This document shows positions 39,771 to 50,564 of a stretch of 64,000 bases of DNA, one piece after another (the stretch's first letter is position 1; each line of letters starts with the position of its first letter). The notes under the pieces were generated by a model. That model ran no database searches. It saw nothing but the letters and a program-made list of their open reading frames with translations, and was not told the DNA's origin. The stretch lies in assembly GCA_031277685.1 (NCBI GenBank), contig JAITLV010000065.1:49417-113416 (forward strand), read 5' to 3'. This DNA comes from Sphingobacterium sp. (GTDB lineage: Bacteria; Bacteroidota; Bacteroidia; Sphingobacteriales; Sphingobacteriaceae). A program made the position numbers and the translations under genes.

Positions 39771-39800
39771 AAGCTAGACACATAAGTGTCTAGCTTTTTT
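39771..39800. terminator. Rho-independent terminator
   Basis: AAGCTAGACAC-ATAA-GTGTCTAGCTT + T-run. Confidence 0.8.
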
Positions 39801-39825
39801 ATTTTTGTTTACAGTTTGCAGTAAT

Positions 39826-40386
39826 TTATTCAAAGGTCAAATTGATCTTCGAAAAGCCTAATCCCTGCAATAAGGGCTTAAATACAGTAGTTGCATTCGC
39901 CTTGGTCTGTTGCAGGATATCTGATTTCCTTACATCATCTGCTACCGCCTTTTCGGCAGTCTTATAGGCCTCATCGACCAATTCAGCCTCCCTCAAAAAT
40001 GCCATTTTGGTATCATAGACTTTTGATGCTTCATGATCTATTTTGATATAACAGATCTCAGGGGCAGGCAATTTAATGGAAACAGAGTCTCCTACCACCT
40101 TGATATCTTCAGGCGTCAGTTTTGTTAGATTGACACAGCCTACAGCATCCGCCTTTACAATGAGCAGTACACTAGCGTCCGGTAAAAATGTGTTGATATT
40201 CTTATGTTCAACAACATCGCTATAGCGATATTTTACGAGCTCCAACTTACCCATGGCTTCAATACGGTCCACCAAAAGCTGATGTTTGCTTTCGACCTTA
40301 GGGCCACTATTATATTTTTGATAGACAAACCATGCTCCTACTGCCAAAATGGCTACGACAATTAAAAATTTTAAAAATTTTCCCAT
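39826..40386 (-). CDS. DUF4230 domain protein
   Basis: N-terminal TM; IEAMGKLELV, LPAPEI, KIDHE.SKVYD; ATG 40386 preferred. Confidence 0.85.
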   Translation of the reverse strand: MGKFLKFLIVVAILAVGAWFVYQKYNSGPKVESKHQLLVDRIEAMGKLELVKYRYSDVVEHKNINTFLPDASVLLIVKADAVGCVNLTKLTPEDIKVVGDSVSIKLPAPEICYIKIDHEASKVYDTKMAFLREAELVDEAYKTAEKAVADDVRKSDILQQTKANATTVFKPLLQGLGFSKINLTFE

Positions 40387-40586
40387 AAATAGTATAATAC
40401 AAATAATAGACCAAGGTCCAATAATGGACATTTGAACCGAAAATGTTACGCGATTATTAGCTTTTATCGCCCGATGACATGTCTCGATAAAAATATACCA
40501 TTTGATAGACAATCGTTTAGTTAAAAAGTTTAAAAAACATTTGGAAGATATGGGGTATAGTACTACTTTTGTGACATCAAAATCAC

Positions 40587-40661
40587 GGTAGGTATAGCTC
40601 AGTTGGTTAGAGCACTAGATTGTGGTTCTAGGGGTCGTCGGTTCGAGCCCGATTACTTACC
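40587..40661 (+). tRNA. tRNA-His(GTG)
   Basis: Acceptor GTAGGTA/TACTTAC with G-1:C73; anticodon arm CTAGA-TTGTGGT-TCTAG; GGTTCGAG T-loop; CCA not encoded. Confidence 0.97.
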
Positions 40662-40663
40662 CG

Positions 40664-40697
40664 AAAAGCAGATCAGATAATTGATCTGCTTTTTTTG
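40664..40697 (+). terminator. tRNA terminator
   Basis: AAAAGCAGATCA...TGATCTGCTTTTTTT. Confidence 0.8.
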
Positions 40698-40837
40698 TTT
40701 CAACTATTTTTTCACCCCGCTGATTTATTTCCATAACGCAAAAAATAGAGACACTAATTTTTTTATTTTCTTACAAAAAGACACAAAGAGCAATTTGGAA
40801 TTAAAGAGAAAATCAAATTTTCCACTGGAGTTAAAAT

Positions 40838-40871
40838 AAAAAAGCTAGGTTGGAAAGGTGCCTAGCTTTTT
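40838..40871. terminator. Bidirectional terminator-like hairpin
   Basis: AAAAAGCTAGG...CCTAGCTTTTT. Confidence 0.55.
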
Positions 40872-41166
40872 AAAACTTTCTTCATGATCGGGACAAGCCG
40901 TCTTTGGTAAAAGACAATAAACAACATACTTTAGTTTGCATGATCTCCTATTTTTTTCTATCTAGTGTGATGAGCCATTGAAATAGCCTCAAATTTTTCA
41001 CTAAATCCTTCCCCAGGGTATCAAGTAGATTTTTAATCTACGATCTTATTTCGTTGTTCAGTCTGCAGCAATAAACGCAACTTTAAATTGATATTTAAAC
41101 AAATAAAAACATCAGTAATTTCCAATTCTGATAAGCTTCTCTCCCATTACAGATAAAGTCCTATTT

Positions 41167-42570
41167 TTACCTTTTCGCGTTTGCTGTATGAGGTAATAAG
41201 GAAAGCATTCCCCATACAACAATTACAAAGAGAATACAAACCATTAACCCGCCCCGTAATGCGGAGAGATAGTCCGTTAATCCTTCATTTTGATCCAATA
41301 CAGTATAAAAAACACCACCTATAATACTGATTCCCAAGGCTGAGGCAGTCTGCTGAAATGTAGAAAACACACCTGAAGCGGTACCTGCATTATTTTCATC
41401 AATGTTGTTCAGTACAACATTTAGGAGAAAAGGTAAGACCAAGCCATTTCCTAAGCCGTAGAGCGATAAAAAAAGTATGGATATGAATGGAATATCTTTT
41501 GTTGTAAAACAAAAGATCTGCAACAAAAAGGATAGCATTATGATTACTAATCCGAATTGTAAAACACGCTTACCGAATTTTGGCAACAGCTTGGCAGCAG
41601 CCATTGATGACAACATAAAGAAAATCGCATGGGGAATAAAATACAGTCCACAGGTCAATGCTGTTACCCCTAATCCACTTTGTAAATAAACAGCAATTAT
41701 TAATAGATAAGCAGTATGGAACATAAAATGAAATAATACAGCAAATAAGCCAATTCTAAAATCTTTTATCTTGAAAAGAGATATATCCATCAAGGGATTC
41801 TGTTTATTAAGAAGTCTATTTTTTTGGATATAAATAAATATTACCAAAAGTATGACGGACAGCAGAAATAGTAAATAAAACCACCAGGGGAAATGATTTT
41901 CCCGTCCCTCTGTCAATGCATAGATCAAAGAGGCAAGACCAATCGTTAGCACAGAAGCTCCCCCATAGTCGAACCCACCTCTCCGAGCTTTTGCTGTTTC
42001 TGTCAGATAATAATGGATCGCCAAAAGCGAAAGGACTCCCACAGGAAGATTAATAAAAAATATCAAGCGCCATCCCTCAACCAAAAAATGAGTCTCCGCG
42101 AGATATCCTCCCAATACCTGTCCTATTATAGCTGCAATACTCAAGGTTATACCATACCATCCGATGGCAACAGCCCTATCTTTAGGATTTATAAACAGCA
42201 GCTGAATCAGCGAAATTGATTGGGTGACCATAAAAGCAGAGCTCAGTCCTTGAAAAAAACGAGCTATATTTAACTGAGCCGCAGTCTGGCTAAAACCACA
42301 GATGCAGGAGGTAATTGTAAAGGCAAACATCCCCCAAAAGAATACTTTCTTTTTCCCCAGAAAGTCTCCGGCCCGTCCACCGATTATCAGAAAACATGCG
42401 CTACCCAACAAATACGAAGCTATAACGAGCTGTATTTCACCATCTGACGCCTGTAAGCTGCCCTTAATTGTCGGAATGGCAATATTAATTATAAATATGT
42501 CAATAACATACAATAAAGGTGCAGTAAGCACAATAAGAAGTGCATACCACTTATGAATAGTAGTACCCAT
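41167..42570 (-). CDS. DHA2-family MFS transporter
   Basis: IDIFIINIAIP, GGRAGDFLGKK, GWRLIFFINLPVG. Confidence 0.92.
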   Translation of the reverse strand: MGTTIHKWYALLIVLTAPLLYVIDIFIINIAIPTIKGSLQASDGEIQLVIASYLLGSACFLIIGGRAGDFLGKKKVFFWGMFAFTITSCICGFSQTAAQLNIARFFQGLSSAFMVTQSISLIQLLFINPKDRAVAIGWYGITLSIAAIIGQVLGGYLAETHFLVEGWRLIFFINLPVGVLSLLAIHYYLTETAKARRGGFDYGGASVLTIGLASLIYALTEGRENHFPWWFYLLFLLSVILLVIFIYIQKNRLLNKQNPLMDISLFKIKDFRIGLFAVLFHFMFHTAYLLIIAVYLQSGLGVTALTCGLYFIPHAIFFMLSSMAAAKLLPKFGKRVLQFGLVIIMLSFLLQIFCFTTKDIPFISILFLSLYGLGNGLVLPFLLNVVLNNIDENNAGTASGVFSTFQQTASALGISIIGGVFYTVLDQNEGLTDYLSALRGGLMVCILFVIVVWGMLSLLPHTANAKR

Positions 42571-42611
42571 GGAAAATAGAATTTAATTTTATAATTTGGA
42601 AAATACTGGAA

Positions 42612-43652
42612 TTAGCAACTTTGCTTTTCTAGCGTTAGTAGCCACTGCTTTCGCCATATGCCACCACCATAGCCGCTCAGGCTTCCATCCGAACTGATTA
42701 CGCGATGACAAGGCACCAAAATAGCGATTCGATTCAATCCATTGGCATTTGCAACGGCACGTAATGCTTCTGGCTTTCCAATATAAAACGCCTGTTGCTT
42801 GTAGGATCTGGTAGTGCCATACGGAATTTCCCTTAATGCTTGCCATACAGAATTCTGAAATTCTGAACCTGGCGTAAACAATGGGACTGTAAATTTCTTA
42901 AGCCTCCCGTCGAAATATGCCTGAAGTTCCTGTTCCAATAAAGGGAAATGAGGATTATCCCCTTGAACAATTATTGCATTTAATGTTTTTGCTAAATTTT
43001 TAAATTCTGTTTCCAGCATTTTTCGGTCTGTAAACTCAAGTAAGCATACTCCTTGTGCGACAGCACAGGCATACATCGTGCCCAACGGTGTTTCAATCCT
43101 TTTTAAATCAATGATACATTGCTTTTTGCTATTTTTCGGAGAGACACCAAAAATATGCTTAAAGGAATCCCCAAAACCACTCAATGACTCAAACCCTGAA
43201 TTAAACGCAACATCTGTTACCGAAGCACCATCCTGTATTCGTTTAAAAGCCGAATTTATGCGGAACATCCGCTGGTAGGCATGAAATGTCATACCGTGAT
43301 TTTTTAGAAACCAGCGCCGCAATTGATGTGGTTCGATGCCGCGTTGACGCAGATTGTAGTCTTTAAACTTTAAGCTAGGATCTGCTGATAATTCGGATAT
43401 AATCTGTTTGATGTAGACAGGTGTTTCACTCAACATCTCAAGTGGATGGCATACCTTACAGGCCCGGTATCCACGAAGAATACATTCTTTTGTGGATTTA
43501 AAAAATTCGATATTCTCGGGTTTAGGTTTTCGCGCAGTACAAGAGGGTCGACAAAAGATACCGGTTGTCTTTACCGCAGTAAAAAATATACCCTCATATT
43601 TGATGTCTTTATCAAGTATTGCCTGGTACATCTGTTTGAAACTTAATTCCAT
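42612..43652 (-). CDS. ada: Bifunctional Ada regulator / O6-methylguanine-DNA methyltransferase
   Basis: TTGIFCRPSC Zn site, AraC HTH, VPCHRV active site. Confidence 0.93.
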   Translation of the reverse strand: MELSFKQMYQAILDKDIKYEGIFFTAVKTTGIFCRPSCTARKPKPENIEFFKSTKECILRGYRACKVCHPLEMLSETPVYIKQIISELSADPSLKFKDYNLRQRGIEPHQLRRWFLKNHGMTFHAYQRMFRINSAFKRIQDGASVTDVAFNSGFESLSGFGDSFKHIFGVSPKNSKKQCIIDLKRIETPLGTMYACAVAQGVCLLEFTDRKMLETEFKNLAKTLNAIIVQGDNPHFPLLEQELQAYFDGRLKKFTVPLFTPGSEFQNSVWQALREIPYGTTRSYKQQAFYIGKPEALRAVANANGLNRIAILVPCHRVISSDGSLSGYGGGIWRKQWLLTLEKQSC

Positions 43653-44048
43653 GATACAATTATTTATGATTATGTAACAAATCTATCGGTATTACAGTCC
43701 CGCTACAACCGAAAAATTGACAAGTATTTTTTTTCCAAGAATAAACTACCATAAAGATTGCTTTTTATAAAAAGCTACAGTTGATAGCGTAACGAATTCA
43801 TCGCATTGAGATCTCTAAATTTGTTTCTATCTCCAAAATTAAAATTTTGTACAATCTTCATTACATTGTCTGATACACACTATTTTAGATAGAGGATACT
43901 CTATTTACGATTCACTTCGTAGATCCTTTATTTGGAAATAACAGAACGCAGTCTAAATTGCTACAAAATTTGTGTTCAACCTAAAAATTTATTCCACTGT
44001 AAACGAGTTTCTAAAGCATAATATCACTAAATTGCTGATGGAGGATTA

Positions 44049-44879
44049 ATGAATATAGATCGGGGTACATATAAAAGCTATAGAATAAGCGTTTCAAAAG
44101 AGTTTGATACTGTATTTTCGCATTTTTATTTTGCGGAAAATAATTCAGAAAATACGATCAAAAAAACCTTGCTGCCATCATTTCAGACCATAATGGTCTT
44201 TAATTTCGGCACCAAGGCACTCCTTGCCTCCCCCTCCCCAGCAGATACAACAATTAAAATTGAGCGCTGTATCGTCCTTGGCCCGATCAAACAGGCATTT
44301 AATTACAGCTTATTCCCTGGAACACAGATTTTGGTCGCCAATTTCAAAGGTGATGCTTTTTATCGTTTTTTTGGGCAGGCTGTCCTATCCGGACATTTCC
44401 CCATAAATCCGGATAAGGCATTCTTGGAAAACTGTTTTAGCTATCTCTGGCATCAATTGAATGAAATTGGCAATGTAGAAGATAAGGTGAACTGTATACT
44501 GAATTTTTGCAAGCCTTACCTTACATCACAAAAGCCTATTCCGACTTTATTGGCCAATTTTACTTCCAAAACAGACAATCCCATCAAATCAGTCGCTCAA
44601 GAAACTGGGATGAGTGAAAGAAATATTCAGTTGCTCCATAAAAAACATTTTGGGTTCAGTGCGAAGGAGCTCGGTCGGTATAGTCGTTTTATTAAAGCGA
44701 TTGAGTATATACAACAATTAGCATCTTCCACAGGGCACGTAAACTGGTTTGAACTCATTGAGGCCTGTGGTTACTACGATCAAAGTCAGCTAATTCATGA
44801 TTTCACGCACTATATGCGCTGCTCTCCTAAAAATTTCGTAAAATTTCAACAGGATATCTGTAGGGCATCCGGCGAATAA
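44049..44879 (+). CDS. AraC family regulator
   Basis: CGYYDQSQLIHDF HTH. Confidence 0.88.
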   Translation: MNIDRGTYKSYRISVSKEFDTVFSHFYFAENNSENTIKKTLLPSFQTIMVFNFGTKALLASPSPADTTIKIERCIVLGPIKQAFNYSLFPGTQILVANFKGDAFYRFFGQAVLSGHFPINPDKAFLENCFSYLWHQLNEIGNVEDKVNCILNFCKPYLTSQKPIPTLLANFTSKTDNPIKSVAQETGMSERNIQLLHKKHFGFSAKELGRYSRFIKAIEYIQQLASSTGHVNWFELIEACGYYDQSQLIHDFTHYMRCSPKNFVKFQQDICRASGE

Positions 44880-44957
44880 CCCTTTTCGTTTTCTTACAAT
44901 TTTATCGTTCAAATTCACCATAGCTTTGTTTCATTCAATCAATAAAATTGTAAGAAA

Positions 44958-45539
44958 ATGAAACACCTAGTAATTTACGCACATCCGAATCAAGACAGTT
45001 TGAATAATCATTTTAGGAAGATCGTAGAAAACACATTAAGACAAAACGGACACGAAGTTATTGTAAGAGACTTGTATCAATTGGGCTTCAATCCCATATT
45101 ATCATTGGATGACATGATGGGCCAACGTATGGGTACCGTGAGTGAAGAAGTGAGAAAAGAACAGGGGTATATTAGCTGGGCTGATACCATTACTTTTATA
45201 TACCCGATCTGGTGGACAGGAATGCCTGCCATTATGAAAGGATATATTGACCGTGTATTTAGTTATGGTTTTGCTTATCGGTATGATCAGGGGATTCAAA
45301 AGGGATTGCTGACTGGCAAATCTGCTTATATCATCAATTCTCATGGGAAATCCCATCTTGAATATGAACAAATTGGTATGGATAAAGCCTTAGTATTAAC
45401 ATCCGACAAAGGAGTCTATAGTTATTGTGGTCTCACGATCAAACAACATTTCTTTTTTGACCGGGCAGACCGGACAAGCGGGCAAACGGTCGCTACATGG
45501 TGTACAGGCCTAATTGAAACCTATATGAAAGAAGATTAG
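44958..45539 (+). CDS. NAD(P)H-dependent oxidoreductase (flavodoxin-2 fold)
   Basis: YAHP...S, RDLY, YPIWW..MPAIMKGYIDRVF. Confidence 0.93.
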   Translation: MKHLVIYAHPNQDSLNNHFRKIVENTLRQNGHEVIVRDLYQLGFNPILSLDDMMGQRMGTVSEEVRKEQGYISWADTITFIYPIWWTGMPAIMKGYIDRVFSYGFAYRYDQGIQKGLLTGKSAYIINSHGKSHLEYEQIGMDKALVLTSDKGVYSYCGLTIKQHFFFDRADRTSGQTVATWCTGLIETYMKED

Positions 45540-45842
45540 CGATAAGGCATCCCAACTAGTGTGGCAGCTTATTGTGCTGTCTGAGAGTTATGCACGCAAT
45601 GGATGGTGGCCAAAACTGGAGGCATCCTATTTATCAATCAATGTGGATATATTTAAAGGCCATAGCGTATTATGGCCTCTAATTTTGTCTATGTATCTCG
45701 AGCCGTCAATAGCTATTTGGCTGAGAATGCATAAAAAATTTGCAGTATATATTGTTTTTTTACTACTTTATGGAACCAATATCGCGATCAATCCCTAAAA
45801 TTTACAGGGGCTTTCATGAAGTGATATTAGCCAACAAGTCAC

Positions 45843-46928
45843 ATGAAAAGAACATTTATATTTTTTATCACTTTATTTTTTTCGGCAAAGCTGCATGCCC
45901 AGACTGGCAATACTTCTCAACTGGTCACCCAATTTCTGGATACGCTACAGAAAAATTCCTATATGGGCAAAGCCATGGCCTGGGATTCGATCCGGCCTGC
46001 ATTTATAGCTGAAACCAGAAATATTAAGGACTTCAACCAATTAAAACCTCATTTTGAGAAACTACTAAAAACGTTAAAGGATGGACATTCTAGCCTATTT
46101 TTTGAAGAAAAAACAGAACAGGATAAGGAGTCAGAACAAAATCAATTTGAAAAAATGGCCGTTATGACGGACGAGGAAGCTGGTATGCCACCGAAAAAAT
46201 TTCAATATAATATGATTGATGGCAAATATGCCTACATCAAAATCCCTCCAGTAGTACTCGAAATTAGAAAATATGTCGATACCATAGGTGTACAATTAAA
46301 AAAACTCGATGCACAACAACCCAAAGCCTGGATTATCGATCTGACAGAAAATAACGGCGGCAACATTATGCCTATGATCTGGCAATTTCCTTCCTTATTA
46401 GACACAGACAAAACGTATTCCTACGTAGATGCACAAGGTAAAGAAACGAAGACAAGTCCGAAATATACGGTCGAAAGTCCGGAGGACCTCACTTATTTTC
46501 AATTATTTAAGCTCGAACCAGATCGGGTACAACCCGTAACATTACAGCATGTTAATGTCCCAATTATCCTATTAACGAGCAAGATCACCGCCAGTTCAGG
46601 GGAGTTCTTTATAGCGCATTTCAAAGGCCAGAAAAATGTAATTGTAATCGGGCAGAAAACGGCTGGTCTCACCTCCGGAAACGCGCCTTTTAATATCAGT
46701 AAAAACTGTATGGTCATGCTAACAACTGCTGTCTTAAAGGACCGGAATGGCAAAATATACAAGATTGCAGAGGGTATAGAACCTGATGTTGCTTTTTCCA
46801 TTGACATGAAACCAAAGGATGGCAAGACAGAAGTCAGTTATAAGGAAATGCAAGATGTCATTAAAAATGCAAAAAAGCAATATATTGACGAAGCAATCAA
46901 AGTAATTGAAACCACAACTGGAAGCTGA
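45843..46928 (+). CDS. S41 family peptidase
   Basis: DGHS, IIDL..N.GG, TASSGE, GQKTAG, GIEPD; signal peptide. Confidence 0.88.
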   Translation: MKRTFIFFITLFFSAKLHAQTGNTSQLVTQFLDTLQKNSYMGKAMAWDSIRPAFIAETRNIKDFNQLKPHFEKLLKTLKDGHSSLFFEEKTEQDKESEQNQFEKMAVMTDEEAGMPPKKFQYNMIDGKYAYIKIPPVVLEIRKYVDTIGVQLKKLDAQQPKAWIIDLTENNGGNIMPMIWQFPSLLDTDKTYSYVDAQGKETKTSPKYTVESPEDLTYFQLFKLEPDRVQPVTLQHVNVPIILLTSKITASSGEFFIAHFKGQKNVIVIGQKTAGLTSGNAPFNISKNCMVMLTTAVLKDRNGKIYKIAEGIEPDVAFSIDMKPKDGKTEVSYKEMQDVIKNAKKQYIDEAIKVIETTTGS

Positions 46929-46952
46929 GTTACACTGGTGTCGTAAGCTTAT

Positions 46953-47936
46953 TTACCGTATAATTTGTAATGCTGCTTCCCCTTTGGGCATATAAAACAG
47001 CATATCTATCCATGTTTTTCTGTTCAGGCCATGCTTATCGATATCTTCGTAGCCCAATAAAGATTCACCTTTATGAGCTCCATCCTTTGTCTCAAGCCTA
47101 ACCATCCGACCATCAGCATAAAATTTGATAGCATAATCCTCCAATGGATAAAATGTCCTGGCTTTCGACCTTGAATCAGAAGATGTGGTGGTCACCGACT
47201 TGCCTTTTCGGCCTTGTGTCGTTTGGAACTTTGTCATGATATCTTTCGGAAAATACAAGGACTGGTACCATTCGGCATCAGCATGTAAAAATTGTGTATT
47301 TAGATCATCATAATCTTTAATCTCGAACGCTGCTATCATCCGACGATAAAAATCTAACAGCTGTTGCTCCAACCGTTGTGAATCCAATTTAGTTAGATCC
47401 TGTCCATTCATCCACCCTTCAAGTTTATAGGGAACAGTTGCAGTGAAGCTGATATTCTTTTTATAGGTCGTCAATTCAATCAAATTAGTTTGTTCATCAG
47501 CAGTGCTGTAGGATACAATTTCAACAGGCTCTTTTAAAGTACCATCTTTTCCCCAGCCCGTTTTTTCTATTTTGAGCGAAAATTTATTTCCTGTTTCCAA
47601 GTAGTGCTTATGAGCTCCTTGATTATCATAACCTGGGTAAAGTTCGATCGTTACATTTTGCTGACCGCTTTTAAGGATGTAAGGGTTGATATCTATTCTG
47701 ACCATACCCGGGGTTTTACCAAAAAAAGAATAGATCGGGCAGCCATTTAACAAGATACTATAACCAAACAAACTTTCAACCTCTAGTTGATAAAGAGGTT
47801 CATCCTTAAATCTATGAACCTTTTCAGAAAGATAGCTAATCCGATCAGCCGTTGACATGACCGAAGCTGCCTTCTCTTGTGCACATCCTGCAGCAGATAG
47901 TACCAACAATAACAGCACCATTATCATTTTCCTCAT
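46953..47936 (-). CDS. Hypothetical lipoprotein
   Basis: Lipobox AAGC; INPYILKSGQQ, VPY.LEGW..GQDL. Confidence 0.75.
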   Translation of the reverse strand: MRKMIMVLLLLVLSAAGCAQEKAASVMSTADRISYLSEKVHRFKDEPLYQLEVESLFGYSILLNGCPIYSFFGKTPGMVRIDINPYILKSGQQNVTIELYPGYDNQGAHKHYLETGNKFSLKIEKTGWGKDGTLKEPVEIVSYSTADEQTNLIELTTYKKNISFTATVPYKLEGWMNGQDLTKLDSQRLEQQLLDFYRRMIAAFEIKDYDDLNTQFLHADAEWYQSLYFPKDIMTKFQTTQGRKGKSVTTTSSDSRSKARTFYPLEDYAIKFYADGRMVRLETKDGAHKGESLLGYEDIDKHGLNRKTWIDMLFYMPKGEAALQIIR

Positions 47937-48138
47937 ATTGTATTTTGGGCTGGTTCAATTTACTCGCCATAATACAAAGTAAACAGCTATTTCCAGCTAT
48001 TTCGTATTCTTTTTAAATTCGTTGGAGATCGTTTAATATCCGCAACCGGGGTCATGGACTTCCCACTCATGAGATTTACTATCCACGGCTCAACTCTATC
48101 TGAGATGCATACTACAATCCAATTGGCAACTATAAATT

Positions 48139-48522
48139 TTATAAACCATCAATCAAATGCCACCCGAGCAGCAGACCAATTATAAGAAAACATGCAGACA
48201 TCAATGCAATACCATACGATCCGTAAGTAAAGCTTTCTGACTCGATTTGTTTTGCCACCTTTCTATACTTAATATAAGCTAAAACAACAGTAATAGATCC
48301 GATAATAACAATAGAGACACCAACAATTCCGGAATATTCAGGTTCTATGTCCATGGCTGTCTTTGAATTTAGCATCAACGTGATCTGTTGTATAAACAAG
48401 GAAAATTTGACAACGACAAAACCAAATCCCATGATCCCCAAACTCGTTGTTATCCAGGCTAAAAATGTGCGTTCATTAGCCAAATGATCATTGACTTTCT
48501 TTGAGTTATTTTTTTCTATCAT
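48139..48522 (-). CDS. YidH/DUF202 membrane protein
   Basis: DHLANERTFLAW; 3 TM segments. Confidence 0.92.
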   Translation of the reverse strand: MIEKNNSKKVNDHLANERTFLAWITTSLGIMGFGFVVVKFSLFIQQITLMLNSKTAMDIEPEYSGIVGVSIVIIGSITVVLAYIKYRKVAKQIESESFTYGSYGIALMSACFLIIGLLLGWHLIDGL

Positions 48523-48586
48523 AAAGTTTCAGATCGTAACTAGCGGAAGCTTCACATGATACTCCCCTAGTCAATCTTGTACGGTA

Positions 48587-48610
48587 AACCAACAGCTGGC
48601 CTATTTTGTT
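48587..48610 (-). promoter_or_regulatory. AAC-N18-GTT element (site 11)
   Basis: Minus strand aAACaaaataggccagctgttgGTTt. Confidence 0.55.
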
Positions 48611-48961
48611 TAAGCCGTACATCAAAAATACTCGGGACAGTCAACTTGAAGAGCTAGCGTAAATATTCCTTTGCAAAGAAAAAATACCTACTCAAGAAGT
48701 GTTTGTGCGGTAAGCACTGTATTACTTTACGGATAACGCTTTTGTAAACTACGGATATGTAATAAATACACTGCTTTGGGTACAGCTTTTGATGCATAAA
48801 ACAAAACAACATACCACCTTAATTAGTAAAATGTCATATGGAAAATATAGATCAAAAAGCAAAGAAAATGGGCCTGGAAAAAGGATATTACTTACTTCTA
48901 ATGGCTATTTTGGATATTCCGGTAAATAATGAGAAAGACAAGGGGAAAGAGAACTAATCGT

Positions 48962-50143
48962 ATGAAAAAAATTGTTATCATAAGTACCTTTCCACCCCAG
49001 GAATGTGGATTGGCAACCTTCACAAAAGATCTCAAAACAGGAATGGCATTGGATCAGACAGTCTCCATCGATGTGATTGCTGTATCCAAATCCGGTTCCG
49101 AACAGTATGACCCGACTGTGCGCTTTGTAATTCACAAAGAACGTCTTGACAGTTACATCCAAGCTGTACATATCGTTAATGAGGAGTATGACTATTGTAT
49201 CATCCAACACGAATATGGTATATTTGGTGGTGCTGACGGTATATTTATCAATCAGTTGGTCAACCATTTAACAACTCCTTTGTTAACGATATTCCATACC
49301 ATATTACAATCGCCATCTTTGCGACAAAAGGAAATCATGGAATTGCTATTGACTAAATCTCAGGCTGTAGTTTCGCTTTCGCCGAAAGGGCGAGAATTAT
49401 TAAAAGACCTCTTCCCAACGATAGACGAACAGAAAATCCAGGTCATACCGCACGGCGTACCGCAATTTGACTATAGCCAAGGATTGGCAAAATATAAATT
49501 GGGCTTGCAGGATAATTTTGTGATGATGACTTTTGGCTTAATTGGGCGAAGTAAAGGCTTAGAATATGCAATCCGTTCCTTAGCAGGGCTCGATCTACCA
49601 AATTTCAAATATTTAATTGTAGGCAAGACACATCCGAATGTACTGGCACATGAGGGTGAATCCTATCGCTTCGAATTACAAAGTTTAGTAGATGAGTTAC
49701 AACTACGGGATAAGATCATTTTTATTGATGAATTCATTAACGATGAGCAATTAAAAGAATACTTAACAGCCTGTGATATCTATCTTTCTCCCTATCAACA
49801 TGAACAACAGATCAGCAGCGGGACATTATCATTTGCGGTCGGCGCGGGTGCTGCTGTAATCTCAACACCCTACTGGCATGCGATGGATTTACTGACCGAT
49901 GAACGGGGAATCCTCACTCCTTTCAATGATGTGCAAACCATGGGTGATCATATCAAATTATTGTATAGATCGAAACGGCTACTTGCATGGCATCGTTTCA
50001 AAGCACGTAGTTATGGGGAACAGACGACCTGGAAGATGATCGCTAAAGTCTATCTAGACCTGCTATCAACACTCGCTACGCCTGTACGATCACTCGTACA
50101 GTATAAGAATTACCACACATTTGATCTAAAGCAAGAAGCATAA
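48962..50143 (+). CDS. GT4 glycosyltransferase
   Basis: PPQECGLATF, IQHEYGIFGG, IPHG, KGLE, SSGTL, ISTPYWHA. Confidence 0.9.
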   Translation: MKKIVIISTFPPQECGLATFTKDLKTGMALDQTVSIDVIAVSKSGSEQYDPTVRFVIHKERLDSYIQAVHIVNEEYDYCIIQHEYGIFGGADGIFINQLVNHLTTPLLTIFHTILQSPSLRQKEIMELLLTKSQAVVSLSPKGRELLKDLFPTIDEQKIQVIPHGVPQFDYSQGLAKYKLGLQDNFVMMTFGLIGRSKGLEYAIRSLAGLDLPNFKYLIVGKTHPNVLAHEGESYRFELQSLVDELQLRDKIIFIDEFINDEQLKEYLTACDIYLSPYQHEQQISSGTLSFAVGAGAAVISTPYWHAMDLLTDERGILTPFNDVQTMGDHIKLLYRSKRLLAWHRFKARSYGEQTTWKMIAKVYLDLLSTLATPVRSLVQYKNYHTFDLKQEA

Positions 50144-50156
50144 CTAAAAGGTATCG

Positions 50157-50180
50157 AACAATAGTCGAGCTTGGATCGTT
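50157..50180 (+). promoter_or_regulatory. AAC-N18-GTT element (site 12)
   Basis: gAACaatagtcgagcttggatcGTTt. Confidence 0.6.
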
Positions 50181-50246
50181 TGATTTATTTATTATAAAAC
50201 ATTATTTAATCGGAGGTTGTTCTCCCTAAAAAAACACATCAATATT

Positions 50247-50399
50247 ATGGGAAATTTATTATACATCATTGCCGTTATTTTAGTTATCATCTGGGCAATT
50301 AGTTTTTTCGGAGGTTATGCGACAGGAAATATAATCCATACGCTTTTAGTCATCGCAATTATTGTGGTATTGTTACGTGTAATTCGCGGTGCCGCCTAA
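50247..50399 (+). CDS. Lmo0937-family small membrane protein
   Basis: MGNLLYIIAVILVIIWAI...IIHTLLVIAIIVVLLRVI. Confidence 0.9.
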   Translation: MGNLLYIIAVILVIIWAISFFGGYATGNIIHTLLVIAIIVVLLRVIRGAA

Positions 50400-50472
50400 G
50401 CGGTGTCAGGGTTGGCCAACAATATAGATTGTGCCTGAAAACGATCTCTTGAAAAGGCTAATTTGATCAACT

Positions 50473-50528
50473 ATGGAATACGGTGGTCTTTGCATGGCTC
50501 TCATAAACTGCAAATTCACCGTATTCCA
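50473..50528. terminator. Long hairpin between convergent genes
   Basis: TGGAATACGGTG...CACCGTATTCCA. Confidence 0.55.
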
Positions 50529-50564
50529 CAATAATGCCAATCTGAAATCAATTGTTACCCCTGT

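Noticed and set aside
45559-45798. 79-aa GTG ORF between the oxidoreductase and the S41 peptidase
   Set aside because: No motif and weak start context; cannot be supported.
40662-48138. Genomic island integrated at tRNA-His
   Set aside because: Accessory-looking genes follow the tRNA, but I saw no integrase or duplicated tRNA 3' end.
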